Origin: a bacterium
Lineage (GTDB): Bacteria; Patescibacteriota; Minisyncoccia; Phycocordibacterales; CAIZLB01
Reading direction: 5' to 3'
Length of the DNA stretch: 64,000 bases
NCBI GenBank assembly: GCA_031411135.1
Contig: JANOAN010000009.1
Location: 7,175-71,174, forward strand
Part shown: positions 10,439 through 20,304 of the stretch, one piece after another
Numbering within the stretch: the first letter of the stretch is position 1
How the letters are laid out: each line of letters opens with the position of its first letter
Notes under the pieces: generated by a model
Databases searched by the model: none
Seen by the model: the letters and a program-made list of their open reading frames with translations, nothing else
Told to the model about the DNA's origin: nothing
Translations under genes and position numbers: made by a program

Positions 10439-11545
10439 TTATACTATTTTCTTCTGAAACCTCGAAATGTTAATAACTACCCCCACAGACGCCAGAGCAA
10501 AAAACAAAGCAGTACCTCCGTGGCTTATAAATAGTAGTGGTGTTCCAGACAATGGAATAATGGCAAGCATCGCTGCAATATTTAAAAAAGATTGAAGCGC
10601 AATCAACACAATAATTCCCACAGCAAGCAATGACCCGTACATTTCCGTCGAGCGTATGGCTACTTTGAATCCTTGGAAAGTAAAAAGAAGATAAAGAATT
10701 ATAATAGCGAAAGATCCAACGAATCCGAATTCTTCAGATGCTACAGCAAAAATCGAGTCCCCTATTGGCTCTGGTAAGAAATTAAACTTCTGAACACTTT
10801 GTCCAAAGCCTCGGCCGAACACCCCACCCGAACCGATTGCGATCAGTGATTGTTCAATTTGATAACTTGAACCCTGCGGATCTTTGGATGGATCAATAAA
10901 TGTTTTAACTCGCTCCATTAAATATGGCCGCATGAAAATCAAACAGATTAAACCAATGAGACCAACGACTCCGATACCAAAAACATGTAGCCATCTGCCA
11001 CCTGCTGCTATGAACATGGCAGTTCCAGCTGCAGCCACCACAATAAAAGTATCAGTATCTGGTTGCATTAAAATTAAACCAGCAGAAATTCCGAGCATAA
11101 TTAGAAACGGAACGGTACCGTGCTTGAAAGTATCCATTTTATTTTTAGCTGCCGTTAGTAAAGTTGCTAGATACATTACAAACCCTATCTTATAGAATTC
11201 TGCAGGCTGAAAGTTAAAGGATCCTATTGATATCCAACGACGTGCACCACCGTGAAAAAATCCTACACCCGGAATAAAAACTGCAAGCATGGCAAAAAAT
11301 GAAAATAAAAATACCCAGAAAGACATTTTACGCCACCAGCTGAAGTGAACTACAGATGCAACAAAGCACGCGATACTTCCCGCAAGAAGTCCTAATACCA
11401 ATTGATTAAACATTACAGAATAGTATTTGACTTCTCCATTATTATTAGCGAGAAGCCCGCTTGACGCCGAAAGGAAAATAAAAACTCCAAAAATAACAAG
11501 AACTAGAACAATAATGAAGAAAGGACGGTCGACTTTGCGGTGCAT
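10439..11545 (-). CDS. ftsW: SEDS peptidoglycan polymerase FtsW
   Basis: GARRWI, FQPAEF, QPD, SYQIEQS, FLPEPIGD, ISHGGT; adjacent to murG. Confidence 0.92.
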   Translation of the reverse strand: MHRKVDRPFFIIVLVLVIFGVFIFLSASSGLLANNNGEVKYYSVMFNQLVLGLLAGSIACFVASVVHFSWWRKMSFWVFLFSFFAMLAVFIPGVGFFHGGARRWISIGSFNFQPAEFYKIGFVMYLATLLTAAKNKMDTFKHGTVPFLIMLGISAGLILMQPDTDTFIVVAAAGTAMFIAAGGRWLHVFGIGVVGLIGLICLIFMRPYLMERVKTFIDPSKDPQGSSYQIEQSLIAIGSGGVFGRGFGQSVQKFNFLPEPIGDSIFAVASEEFGFVGSFAIIILYLLFTFQGFKVAIRSTEMYGSLLAVGIIVLIALQSFLNIAAMLAIIPLSGTPLLFISHGGTALFFALASVGVVINISRFQKKIV

Positions 11546-11634
11546 AGACTGATTATAGCAAAGTTGTCTTTAAGTTGTAACTTTTATTTTATTTCCATAT
11601 GCAATCGAATTTAATATTAGAATTCTCACAACAG

Positions 11635-11668
11635 AAACACCCCGGCCGTCGCGTGGACAGCCGGGGTG
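11635..11668 (-). terminator. Terminator of orphan 11689..12270
   Basis: CACCCCGGC..GCCGGGGTG stem with T tail on the minus strand. Confidence 0.65.
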
Positions 11669-11688
11669 GATTTCTTCTGCAAACATTG

Positions 11689-12270
11689 TCACTTTTTTGC
11701 AAGTAGAACGTGACGCTTTACATTTGTTGCTGAGCGGATCTTCTTTAGTCTTTGCTGAGCTACTTCAGATTCTCGGTTGATATGACGCCGTGAAAACTCA
11801 AAATCAAGACCTTTGAGCCAGGCTCTCTTCTCGAGCAAGGGTTTGATCCGGTGAATTACAATTTTCTGTACTTTTGAAATGGCATCTGCGAGTTTCAAAA
11901 GCACCTCGTGGGACTCTGTCTCCTCACACTTTTTCGCGAAGAAGTCGCAAAGGCGCCTGAAGACTTGTGTCTCATTGGAAATACAAGAGTCCTCATAGAC
12001 CTCTTGGCATGAATCCCACTCATTTACTAATTCTTCCAATCGAAGATCACGTTGACGTGCTTGCCAAGCTCTAAGAAAGCGGACTTGGGCCCTTACCTCT
12101 TGATATTCTTTGAAAAGTATTCCATCAGGGTTACCTCTTTCATTTGCTGTCCGCAAGCCAACCAACATAAGCGCTGTTGTGTAGCGGAGCCTTGTGACGA
12201 GGATTGGAACATCCGCAATATCTTGAGGTGGGGTAGTCCAGGAATACCGACGTTGAGATTTCTCTTCCAT
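11689..12270 (-). CDS. Orphan helical hypothetical protein inserted between mraY and ftsW
   Basis: 193-aa ORF with own promoter (12372-12344), leader hairpin (12291-12334) and terminator. Confidence 0.65.
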   Translation of the reverse strand: MEEKSQRRYSWTTPPQDIADVPILVTRLRYTTALMLVGLRTANERGNPDGILFKEYQEVRAQVRFLRAWQARQRDLRLEELVNEWDSCQEVYEDSCISNETQVFRRLCDFFAKKCEETESHEVLLKLADAISKVQKIVIHRIKPLLEKRAWLKGLDFEFSRRHINRESEVAQQRLKKIRSATNVKRHVLLAKK

Positions 12271-12378
12271 GTGTTTTATTGATGTACTTTGGATGCCGAT
12301 CGACCACGGATGTGATCAATTGTGTACAGCATCCTACTTAAATAGAATGCCACAAAATAGTAGATAAATCAATAGCAG

Positions 12379-13443
12379 CTAACTTATGAGTGCAATAATC
12401 GCCCCTAACAATCCACACACAATAGAGATAACCCAATATCTCATCGTTATTTTAGACTTTGGCCAACCCATCGCTTCAAAATGATGATGCAGCGGGGCAA
12501 TTTTAAAAACTTTATATCCAAAATATTTTTTTGAAATCATTTGAATAGAAGATGAAAGAGATGTTATAACCAGAGGGAAAGCCACTATAGGAAGTACGAG
12601 AACTTCATTTGTAAGAAATGCCACAACTGCAAGCGTTACTGTAATTCCAATCATTCCAGTCTCCCCCAAGTAAAACCTGGCCGGTGGAATGTTAAACCAC
12701 AAAAATGCGAGAATTCCTCCTGCAACAACTGCACAAAAGGCAGAGAGGTCAATCTGGTGATTTCCAAAAGCAATTACTGAATACGCAACAAACGCAGAAG
12801 ACATTACCCCAGCAGCTAGTCCATCAATTCCATCTATCACTGATCCTGAAAAAGTGGACATAACAACAAAAATAAAGAATGGAATAAACCACAAGCCCAG
12901 ATAAAGATCTCCGTCAAATGGAATATGTATTGAAAGATTTTCGAGCTTAAAATAAAACCACCACGCTCCGATTGCACCAATTAAAATAACCATAAGAGTA
13001 CGCATGGTGCGTGAAATTCCATCACTCATTTTTAATCCCTTTCCATAAATCTGGAGGAAGTCATCTACGAGTCCCATAATTGAGGCAAAGAGAAGAATTG
13101 CTAAAGGTAAAATAGTTTGGTTACGACTTAAAAAGTTCAACTTTTCAGCCATTGGACTATCAAATAAATAAGGTAGAACTGAAAACAGAAGGCTCACAAT
13201 GGCAACCGCAAGCCAGACAATCACCCCACCCACCCGAGGGGTCGAAGTTTCAGCGTCCTCATTGTGAATCTTCATGAAAGCCTTAGACATTTCTTCGGTG
13301 TTTTCGTTGCTACGTGAAGCCTTTTTCCACATCTTGTACTTGTACATGTAGCGTGTCAGAACTGGCGTAATCAAAATTCCCACGATGAAAGTTAAAAATG
13401 ACGGCAGGGTGATTTTGATTACGTTTATGATAAGGTCAGTCAT
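12379..13443 (-). CDS. mraY: Phospho-N-acetylmuramoyl-pentapeptide transferase
   Basis: TPRVGG, GLVDD, DGIDGLA, FNIPPARFYLGETG, APLHHHFE. Confidence 0.95.
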   Translation of the reverse strand: MTDLIINVIKITLPSFLTFIVGILITPVLTRYMYKYKMWKKASRSNENTEEMSKAFMKIHNEDAETSTPRVGGVIVWLAVAIVSLLFSVLPYLFDSPMAEKLNFLSRNQTILPLAILLFASIMGLVDDFLQIYGKGLKMSDGISRTMRTLMVILIGAIGAWWFYFKLENLSIHIPFDGDLYLGLWFIPFFIFVVMSTFSGSVIDGIDGLAAGVMSSAFVAYSVIAFGNHQIDLSAFCAVVAGGILAFLWFNIPPARFYLGETGMIGITVTLAVVAFLTNEVLVLPIVAFPLVITSLSSSIQMISKKYFGYKVFKIAPLHHHFEAMGWPKSKITMRYWVISIVCGLLGAIIALIS

Positions 13444-13448
13444 ATAAT

Positions 13449-13550
13449 TTATTTATTTTTCTTTTTTGAAGTTGTTTCATCGTTGAATAACCAATAAACT
13501 GCTTCAAAAACAAAACTAAAGAAATCTAATGTTGCTGATAAAAAATGCAT
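13449..13550 (-). CDS. Possible 33-aa peptide translationally coupled to scpB
   Basis: MHFLSATLDFFSFVFEAVYWLFNDETTSKKKNK; TGATG overlap with scpB stop; fills gap to mraY. Confidence 0.35.
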   Translation of the reverse strand: MHFLSATLDFFSFVFEAVYWLFNDETTSKKKNK

Positions 13551-14104
13551 CATGCAATTGTTTGATTATTTTGCTCCTTTTGATTTTTAAAAGTCTCGAT
13601 TTCAGCTTGCACTTTTTCAAAATCAGGAAGCTTGCCGACCTCTGTAATTCCAAGATGAGCAAGAAGTTCAAACGATGGCGAATACACAAAAGTCCTAGAA
13701 TCTTTTGGATCAGTTTTTTTATCCACTAACCCCCTAATTAAAAGATTTCGTAAAATAAAAGAAGAGTTTACACCTCGAATGTAATCAATATCACTTCGGC
13801 GAATTGGGGATTTATATAAAACAATTGAGAGAGTTTCGAGAGATGCCTTTCCTAATTCTGCAGATTCTTCTTCTTTTGTTATTTTTTTAATCAGTTCTGA
13901 AGATTCTGAATTAGTCGCGAGGTAAACCGTGTCTTCTTTTTTTATGAGGACGGTTCCCCTGTTTTCTAAACTTTTCTCCAGTTCAATTAACCCTTCGGAA
14001 ACTTTATCAACTTCAACAGAAAGCATTTTTGAAAGTTCTTTCAAAGAAACCGGTTCAGACTTCCAAAACAATAGGGCTTCAATTTGATTAGATAGATTTG
14101 TCAT
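13550..14104 (-). CDS. scpB: SMC-Scp complex subunit ScpB
   Basis: IEALLF, SLETLSIVLY..PI.R.DIDYIRGVNS. Confidence 0.93.
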   Translation of the reverse strand: MTNLSNQIEALLFWKSEPVSLKELSKMLSVEVDKVSEGLIELEKSLENRGTVLIKKEDTVYLATNSESSELIKKITKEEESAELGKASLETLSIVLYKSPIRRSDIDYIRGVNSSFILRNLLIRGLVDKKTDPKDSRTFVYSPSFELLAHLGITEVGKLPDFEKVQAEIETFKNQKEQNNQTIA

Positions 14105-14107
14105 ATA

Positions 14108-14851
14108 TTAAGTGTAGCTTGGAGTTCCTATACTATAGCTCTCCATTTCGATTTCATCAAACAGTCCCTCCTGGCGTGCGTCCACAGTCCCCTGTTTAAC
14201 AAGTTCAAGGAGGGCAAGAAAACTGACAATCACATTCACTTTCTCAACCTTCCCTTTACCACTGAAATCTGAGAAAGACATTTTAATGGCTGATTTAATA
14301 CGCACAGTGAGACTATCCATCATTTCTTCGAGACTGACTACTTTTTGAACTTTTAACTTTGGAAGTGGCACTTCGGCTTTTGGAAGACTATTTAGGACAC
14401 GAGCGATTGCTTCAGAAATGTTATTAAGTTTTACATCCTCTCCTGGGTTGAAGAATACTTCCCTTTCTGGAGAATTTTCTTGGAAAAATAGAACGTTATT
14501 GCCAAATATTTTTTTGATTTCATTTGATTGGCGACGCATCACTTCTAATTCTCGCAGTCGAAGTTCTAAGTCTTCAATACTTCCATTTTCATCTTCAGTT
14601 AATGGCAAATTTGGAAGTAAAGACTTTGCTTTTATAAGTAGCAACGTAGACGCAATTAAAATAAATTGGGTGCGATCACCCATGGAATATTCTGGCAATT
14701 TGTTGATGTGGTTAATGTATTCGTCAGTTACAGATGCGAGAGAAATATCGCTGATGAAAAGCTTTCTCTTCTCCACCAATGATAACAACAAATCCAAAGG
14801 TCCTTCGAAGACTTCAGTTTTAATTTTGAATTCGGGAAGGGTGGCGTTCAT
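14108..14851 (-). CDS. scpA: Segregation and condensation protein ScpA
   Basis: FEGPLDLLL, IKAKSLLP, SFLALLEL. Confidence 0.95.
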   Translation of the reverse strand: MNATLPEFKIKTEVFEGPLDLLLSLVEKRKLFISDISLASVTDEYINHINKLPEYSMGDRTQFILIASTLLLIKAKSLLPNLPLTEDENGSIEDLELRLRELEVMRRQSNEIKKIFGNNVLFFQENSPEREVFFNPGEDVKLNNISEAIARVLNSLPKAEVPLPKLKVQKVVSLEEMMDSLTVRIKSAIKMSFSDFSGKGKVEKVNVIVSFLALLELVKQGTVDARQEGLFDEIEMESYSIGTPSYT

Positions 14852-14854
14852 TTA

Positions 14855-16186
14855 TTACTCAGATAATCTTTTATCGATTCGATTAATGTCACGTGGGAAA
14901 AGCGTTGCTTCCTTCACGTTCTGTAGCCCTAAAAATTTTGCAGTAAGTCTTTCAAGGCCCATTCCCCATCCTCCGTGTGGCGGCATGCCGTATTTGAACG
15001 CCTGAAGGTAAAATGAAAAAAGATCGGGATTTAACTTCTTATTATTAAGTCCTTCAATTAGACTGTCGTAATCGTGACGTCTTTGACCTCCTGTAGTAAT
15101 TTCCACTCCTCTAAACAGCAAGTCAAAGCTCTTGGTAAAACCCTTATCGTTTTCATCTTCGTAAATGTAGAAAGGCCTTTTTGAAACTGGATAATGTGTG
15201 ACAAAACAAAAATCAGAATTGTGTTCTTGCTTTGACCACTCACACAACCAGCGTTCATCTTCCGGTTCCAAATCAGGTTCGTGCTGTTTGTCTTTACCAG
15301 TTTTTTCAAAAATTAATTTCTGTGCCTCACGTAATTTTAGTCGAGGAATAGATTCAGGTACATTAGGAATTTCTGCTCCTAATAATTTAAATTCATTCTC
15401 ACAATTTTTCTTAAGGTGCTCACAAATATAAGCCATCACTTTATTTTCCAAGTCCATAATATCAGTATGGTCTTTAATAAAACCAAACTCGACATCCATA
15501 GAAGTGTACTCACTCAAATGGCGGCTAGTGCTGTGTTTTTCAGCACGGTACACGTTACCAATTGAAAAGACTCTCTCGAGTGCTCCAACCATGATCTGTT
15601 TATATAATTGAGGGCTTGTCGCAAGGCTGGCCTTTTGATCGTAAAGATATTTCACTTCAAAAACTTCTGCGCCTCCCTCCGCATCGTTTCCAACAAGCTT
15701 CGGCGCTTGAAATTCGGTAAAACCTTCGCTGTTTAAAAATTCTCGATAAGCTTTAGCAATTTCAGCTTGTACTTTGAAAATCGCTTGGCTTTTATCGCTT
15801 CTTAATGTGAATGGAAGATAGTCAAGATATGTATCCAAGTTAACATCCGAACCCAATTCAAAAGGAAGTTCTTGCGCACTGCTTAAAATTTCCATACTTA
15901 GAATCTCCAATTCAATATCTCCATTCTGCTTTTCAGCCTGAATATTTTTTGGAGGTCGAGCGTTAACTTTTCCTAAAACTTCAACAACCCATTCAGAACG
16001 AACTTTTTCTGCAACCTCTTTTGCAGTCGATCCAGGTAAAACTACCCCCTGTACCTTTCCTGTCATATCTCGAAAATCAAAAAAAATCATTTTTCCTTGA
16101 TCTCGTCGAACATCAATCCAACCTTTAATAGTAACTTCCTGTCCTGCTTGAGCCTTTAAATCCTTGATAAATACGCGGTTTTTCAT
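14855..16186 (-). CDS. aspS: Aspartate--tRNA ligase, short archaeal-type (likely non-discriminating)
   Basis: OB-fold, LATSPQLYKQ, YRAEKH..SRHLSEY, GMPPHGGWGMGLERL, FPRD; 443 aa. Confidence 0.92.
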   Translation of the reverse strand: MKNRVFIKDLKAQAGQEVTIKGWIDVRRDQGKMIFFDFRDMTGKVQGVVLPGSTAKEVAEKVRSEWVVEVLGKVNARPPKNIQAEKQNGDIELEILSMEILSSAQELPFELGSDVNLDTYLDYLPFTLRSDKSQAIFKVQAEIAKAYREFLNSEGFTEFQAPKLVGNDAEGGAEVFEVKYLYDQKASLATSPQLYKQIMVGALERVFSIGNVYRAEKHSTSRHLSEYTSMDVEFGFIKDHTDIMDLENKVMAYICEHLKKNCENEFKLLGAEIPNVPESIPRLKLREAQKLIFEKTGKDKQHEPDLEPEDERWLCEWSKQEHNSDFCFVTHYPVSKRPFYIYEDENDKGFTKSFDLLFRGVEITTGGQRRHDYDSLIEGLNNKKLNPDLFSFYLQAFKYGMPPHGGWGMGLERLTAKFLGLQNVKEATLFPRDINRIDKRLSE

Positions 16187-16314
16187 AGGGGTTAGTTTAG
16201 CAAAAATAAGCTTTTTTTGAAAGACATTGGATAATTATACATATTTATTGTACCATTTTCACACCCTGACATAGTGTCAGAAGAGTACACAACCCTCAAC
16301 AAGGAACCATACCA

Positions 16315-16758
16315 ATGAACCTTCCGATACATAAACGCCCCGATGGCTTGCCAATTCGAATCATCCTTTGCTCAGCTTTCGGAGCGACGGGGGGCCTCCA
16401 CCTTTGCGAAACAACACTTCGAGAAACCTTCAAGATCAGCACTCGAAAAGGTTTCTGCGTCGTTAAGCAACTTGCTGAGATGCCCAACATCTTGCGGACA
16501 GACATAACGCAGGCCGTGGTCGTCTTCTCCAACGACAAAAGACTTATCCATGAACAGATTGCCAACCTAAAAAAATGGGTTGCGGAATGGAAAGCAAAAA
16601 ACCCCAAACTCTTCGCCGTCCTTTATAGCCGACACACGCCGGAAGAACAGGATACTTTTGATGGGTACATTGTGTGGTCAGATCTTAAGGTGCCGGATAT
16701 CCACGCAAAGTTTCGTGAGTTCTTCACCCCTGTGCTCGGTGAACCTCCCAAGTCGTAA
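16315..16758 (+). CDS. Orphan hypothetical protein
   Basis: 147-aa ORF, AC-rich leader, followed by duplicated terminator block. Confidence 0.6.
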   Translation: MNLPIHKRPDGLPIRIILCSAFGATGGLHLCETTLRETFKISTRKGFCVVKQLAEMPNILRTDITQAVVVFSNDKRLIHEQIANLKKWVAEWKAKNPKLFAVLYSRHTPEEQDTFDGYIVWSDLKVPDIHAKFREFFTPVLGEPPKS

Positions 16759-16764
16759 GTCCCA

Positions 16765-16821
16765 ACCCCGCCCCATTCACCAGATCCCCGCTCTCGGTCG
16801 AAGGAGCGGGGTTTTGAGTTT
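16765..16821 (+). repeat. 57-bp terminator block, copy 1
   Basis: 56/57 identical to 17588..17644; CCCCGCTC..GAGCGGGG-TTTT hairpin. Confidence 0.9.
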
Positions 16822-16940
16822 GGTATTTAATGTGTTATAAAAACACAAACAAACCGCTCTTTTAATCCAGTGTGCAATTCCGCATACTTGCTTTTCCGAG
16901 CATCCACGAAACCATCCACCGCCCGAAACCCTTCTAACTT

Positions 16941-17585
16941 ATGAACTCACCGATTGAACCGCCTAACCAACCCTTCTTTATCGTCCCGGCTGATGTAAAC
17001 TTCATCGAAAGATGGATAGAGCCTGCTGCCCAAAAAATCCAGAGATTCGTAGGGCTAGACTGTTTCTTTTGGGGAACAATTGCTTTCTGGATTTCTTTGA
17101 TCTTCGCTGTCGTAAACATACTCCTGTTTTCTGTCACGATAGCAGTCTCCCTTCATACAGGTAAATTCTCCAACGTGCTACTCGGTGGGCTGTGCCTCTG
17201 GGTTTTGATCACTCTGAGAAAACACACGTGGCACAATCTAACCTGTCACGACTGCGGAATAAGAGCACAGCGAAAATTGGCTTACGAAATGCTGGTCGAT
17301 GGATATAAAAATCCGTTCCTGTTTCAACCTCGGAACTTGCTACTTACAGCATTATTAATGATCTTGATTACGATCACTGAGATAGGATTTCCATGGCAGA
17401 CAATCCTGGTGATAGCTCTGTTCAAAGCACCGTTCGTCGCCGGCTACATTGGTCAAGCATTGTGCTCCTGCACACCATTACCACCAGGAAAGAGCAAGCT
17501 GCGTCAAGCATGGGAAGCAGGAAAACTGTGGTTGGCTTCAGCTACCGCACCTGCTACCCCAATGCCCGAGCCTAATGGCGCCTAA
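16941..17585 (+). CDS. Orphan membrane protein
   Basis: 214 aa, about 4 TM; boxA-like GCTCTTTTAA at ~16856 upstream. Confidence 0.65.
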   Translation: MNSPIEPPNQPFFIVPADVNFIERWIEPAAQKIQRFVGLDCFFWGTIAFWISLIFAVVNILLFSVTIAVSLHTGKFSNVLLGGLCLWVLITLRKHTWHNLTCHDCGIRAQRKLAYEMLVDGYKNPFLFQPRNLLLTALLMILITITEIGFPWQTILVIALFKAPFVAGYIGQALCSCTPLPPGKSKLRQAWEAGKLWLASATAPATPMPEPNGA

Positions 17586-17587
17586 CC

Positions 17588-17644
17588 ACCCCGCCCCATT
17601 CACCAGAGCCCCGCTCTCGGTCGAAGGAGCGGGGTTTTGAGTTT
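17588..17644 (+). repeat. 57-bp terminator block, copy 2
   Basis: 56/57 identical to 16765..16821. Confidence 0.9.
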
Positions 17645-17836
17645 TTATAACCCCAGCGACTGCATCTGACTAAAATTCGAAAGGAAGCTTGGTATAGCAA
17701 ATAGCAAACCAATCGCTGGTAAGACCACAGCTAGCACACTGATAATAAAAGCCCATTTTATATACTTTCTAGTTTTTTCTACCGATGCGTAAATTGCGTT
17801 AATTTTTTCTTCAAGTGATTTTAAAGTTGGTTCCAT
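17645..17836 (-). CDS. Small single-TM protein with N-terminal coiled coil
   Basis: 63 aa; TATAAT just upstream of ATG. Confidence 0.7.
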   Translation of the reverse strand: MEPTLKSLEEKINAIYASVEKTRKYIKWAFIISVLAVVLPAIGLLFAIPSFLSNFSQMQSLGL

Positions 17837-17848
17837 GTATACATTATA

Positions 17849-18856
17849 TCAGCTTGAAAATGAATTTGAAATAAATTCTGCCATCGATATCCCGGCTGCT
17901 TTTAATTCTTTTGGAAATAGAGAGTTTTCCATAAGCCCTGGGAACGTATTTATTTCTAAGACATAAATTTTTTCATGCGAAACAATGAAGTCTACCCTGG
18001 CATGCGATTCAATTTTAAAGATTCTAACGATAGTTTTAATAATGTCATGTACTTTTTCTAAAACATCTGCACTTAAGGTCAGCGCAGGACAAATTTCCTG
18101 AGTATCTGCATCATCATATTTAGCTTTATAGTCAAAGAAATCTCTTTTTGTAATAATTTCTACTGGTGGAAGAATCCTCAGTTCATTTTTATTCTTTATA
18201 AAACCAATTGTGTATTCCCTACCTTGAATAAACTCTTCACACAATACCTGATCTGAAAAATAGGAAACATTATCTATTCCCCCGGGGAGATCTTCAATTT
18301 TTGTACAAACTGTACATCCTCGGCTAGCCCCACAGGTAACGGGTTTAATAATGATTTTTTTGTTGCATTCCTTGAAAAAAGATTCGAGAGTCTCTAATTT
18401 TTTTTGATTACTTAAATCTAAAACCATACCTTTTGGCACCCTTATTCCTGATGAAGCCATCATCTGTTTAGTCCAGTTTTTATCAAAACAAAGTGCTGAA
18501 CTTGAAAATGGGGTCGAGAGAATTTTGATTCCTCCCAAAGCACACAGGGCAGGCAAAATTCCATCTTCTCCGAGAAAATTGTATATAGAAATAATGGCAT
18601 TATTCCCAAGCTTTTTTAATGAATCAATTGACAAATCCTTTAGATCCTTCAGTGAAAGTGTTTTTGGATGATTTATAATTTCTCTAATCAATTCTGGATT
18701 TTGTAAATTAGACTTTTTATCATCTGTCACAAGGCTGTCTACTAGAACAATATTGGCCTTGTAATCTTCAGGAAGGTTATTAAGAAGATTTAAAGTAGTT
18801 GCAATCGAGCCGCTGCTCGTATTTAGGCAAGTTGAAGTAAAAATTATTATTTTCAT
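17849..18856 (-). CDS. D-Ala-D-Ala ligase-like ATP-grasp enzyme (divergent N-terminus)
   Basis: GEDG, SALCFDK, KPVTCGASRG, FDYKAKY, RVDF, LEINTFPG; lacks GGxSxE. Confidence 0.85.
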   Translation of the reverse strand: MKIIIFTSTCLNTSSGSIATTLNLLNNLPEDYKANIVLVDSLVTDDKKSNLQNPELIREIINHPKTLSLKDLKDLSIDSLKKLGNNAIISIYNFLGEDGILPALCALGGIKILSTPFSSSALCFDKNWTKQMMASSGIRVPKGMVLDLSNQKKLETLESFFKECNKKIIIKPVTCGASRGCTVCTKIEDLPGGIDNVSYFSDQVLCEEFIQGREYTIGFIKNKNELRILPPVEIITKRDFFDYKAKYDDADTQEICPALTLSADVLEKVHDIIKTIVRIFKIESHARVDFIVSHEKIYVLEINTFPGLMENSLFPKELKAAGISMAEFISNSFSS

Positions 18857-19419
18857 GTAATTTTATTTATTTTAATAATATTTCCCGAAAATGAATCAAT
18901 GAACTTTTTAGCATGAACGAACCCATCAATTATGCACAATTCCTTTTTAGTTGACGGGTGATGAACATAAAAACCGTGCACGACCCCATTTTTTATTTCA
19001 CATCCCAAAACGACAATAAGATGACCACTTTTACCCCTATAAAATCCAAAACCAACGGAAGCAATAATCAAGCCACCACTTTCGATTATTTTTCTCATAG
19101 AATCTATCGAGACATTTCTTTCTGCAATTGATTCAAGATAAAATTTTTCCGCAGTGAATTCTGCGATTTTTGAATGTATCCAACCAACCCCATCTTTATA
19201 CGCTCCGACATTGAACGCCTCATATATTAGGTTTCCAATGGATACTTTGTCCCTTCCAAATGCCTCTGCTACCATTTTTATGCATGCTATTCCACAAGCC
19301 TTCCTATTCCAAAAAAATGCCTCCTCTTTATTTAACATTCCTTTTTCCTTCCAATTTTTTAAAGTATTTTGGTCATAAAAAGGAACATATTCTATAGGTA
19401 GTAGTATTTTCTTTCTCAT
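18853..19419 (-). CDS. Papain-like C39-family peptidase
   Basis: VPFYDQ, ACGIACIKM, GHLIVVLG; ATGA-coupled to neighbours. Confidence 0.8.
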   Translation of the reverse strand: MRKKILLPIEYVPFYDQNTLKNWKEKGMLNKEEAFFWNRKACGIACIKMVAEAFGRDKVSIGNLIYEAFNVGAYKDGVGWIHSKIAEFTAEKFYLESIAERNVSIDSMRKIIESGGLIIASVGFGFYRGKSGHLIVVLGCEIKNGVVHGFYVHHPSTKKELCIIDGFVHAKKFIDSFSGNIIKINKIT

Positions 19420-20252
19420 AGTTTTTTGTCATTTATTAAGTACTCAAAAATATCATCGTACATTTTACTAATAATCGCCTTCTGCTTTTCACCTAAATTT
19501 GCAAAGTAGCTGCTGTCCGGTGCTGAGTTAACCTCGAGAACACTATAATTCCCTTTTTCTGGCTTAGAAATATCTCCTTGAATCTTTACGTCAATTCCAC
19601 AAAAATCTAAGTTTAGTTCCTTCCCGATTCTTAAAGCTAATTTAAGAAAGTCAGAGTAAGTCGACGAAGTAACATCCTTGGCGATTCCCCCCAGACTTAG
19701 ATTAGATGGTATGTATGGCCCAACTGGGTGCTTGCTAAAGACACAGATCACCTTCTTCCTTAAGACTACAAATCGATAATCGACCCCTTTTATATATTCC
19801 TCTAGTATTATAGTGCTATCAATTTTTTCGATATTTTTTATTGCTTGAAAAAAATCATCCTTACTTCTTACAATTGACACACCTTCGCCCTTAGAAAGCG
19901 AAGCTGGTTTTACAACAACAGGAAATTTGTGAGTTTTCAAAAAACTATTACAAATATTATTTATATTTTCTCTATTTTTAGATACAGAAATATTCAATCC
20001 ATCTGGAACCTTTATCGAGCAATCTTTTAAAGCTTGTTTAGTTAAATGCTTATATTTAGCAATAGTAAAAGCTCCTGCAGGATTAATATCATTCAGTGTA
20101 TATCTGAAATATCTCTTATTTCCATCTGGTCTTGCAATATAGCCTGACGAACCATCTTCAAATAAACGAATGCCTAACTTTCTCTTTAATGCACCTTTCC
20201 TCGAAAGCGATGACATCAGAGACCTGACACTATGAGGAATTTTTTTGTCCAT
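19416..20252 (-). CDS. ATP-grasp ligase (RimK/cyanophycin-synthetase-like)
   Basis: K.LTK..L....I.VPDG, PVVVKP...SKGEGV, DYRFVV, NLSLGG, CGIDV, LEVNSAP. Confidence 0.85.
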   Translation of the reverse strand: MDKKIPHSVRSLMSSLSRKGALKRKLGIRLFEDGSSGYIARPDGNKRYFRYTLNDINPAGAFTIAKYKHLTKQALKDCSIKVPDGLNISVSKNRENINNICNSFLKTHKFPVVVKPASLSKGEGVSIVRSKDDFFQAIKNIEKIDSTIILEEYIKGVDYRFVVLRKKVICVFSKHPVGPYIPSNLSLGGIAKDVTSSTYSDFLKLALRIGKELNLDFCGIDVKIQGDISKPEKGNYSVLEVNSAPDSSYFANLGEKQKAIISKMYDDIFEYLINDKKL

Positions 20253-20304
20253 CCAAGAAGATTACCTCATCAACATTAAATTTAAATAAAAAAGTTATTA
20301 ATTT

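Noticed and set aside
17645-17836. 63-aa ORF as RiPP precursor for the ATP-grasp operon
   Set aside because: It is a TM protein with its own -10 element and lacks graspetide-type core motifs.
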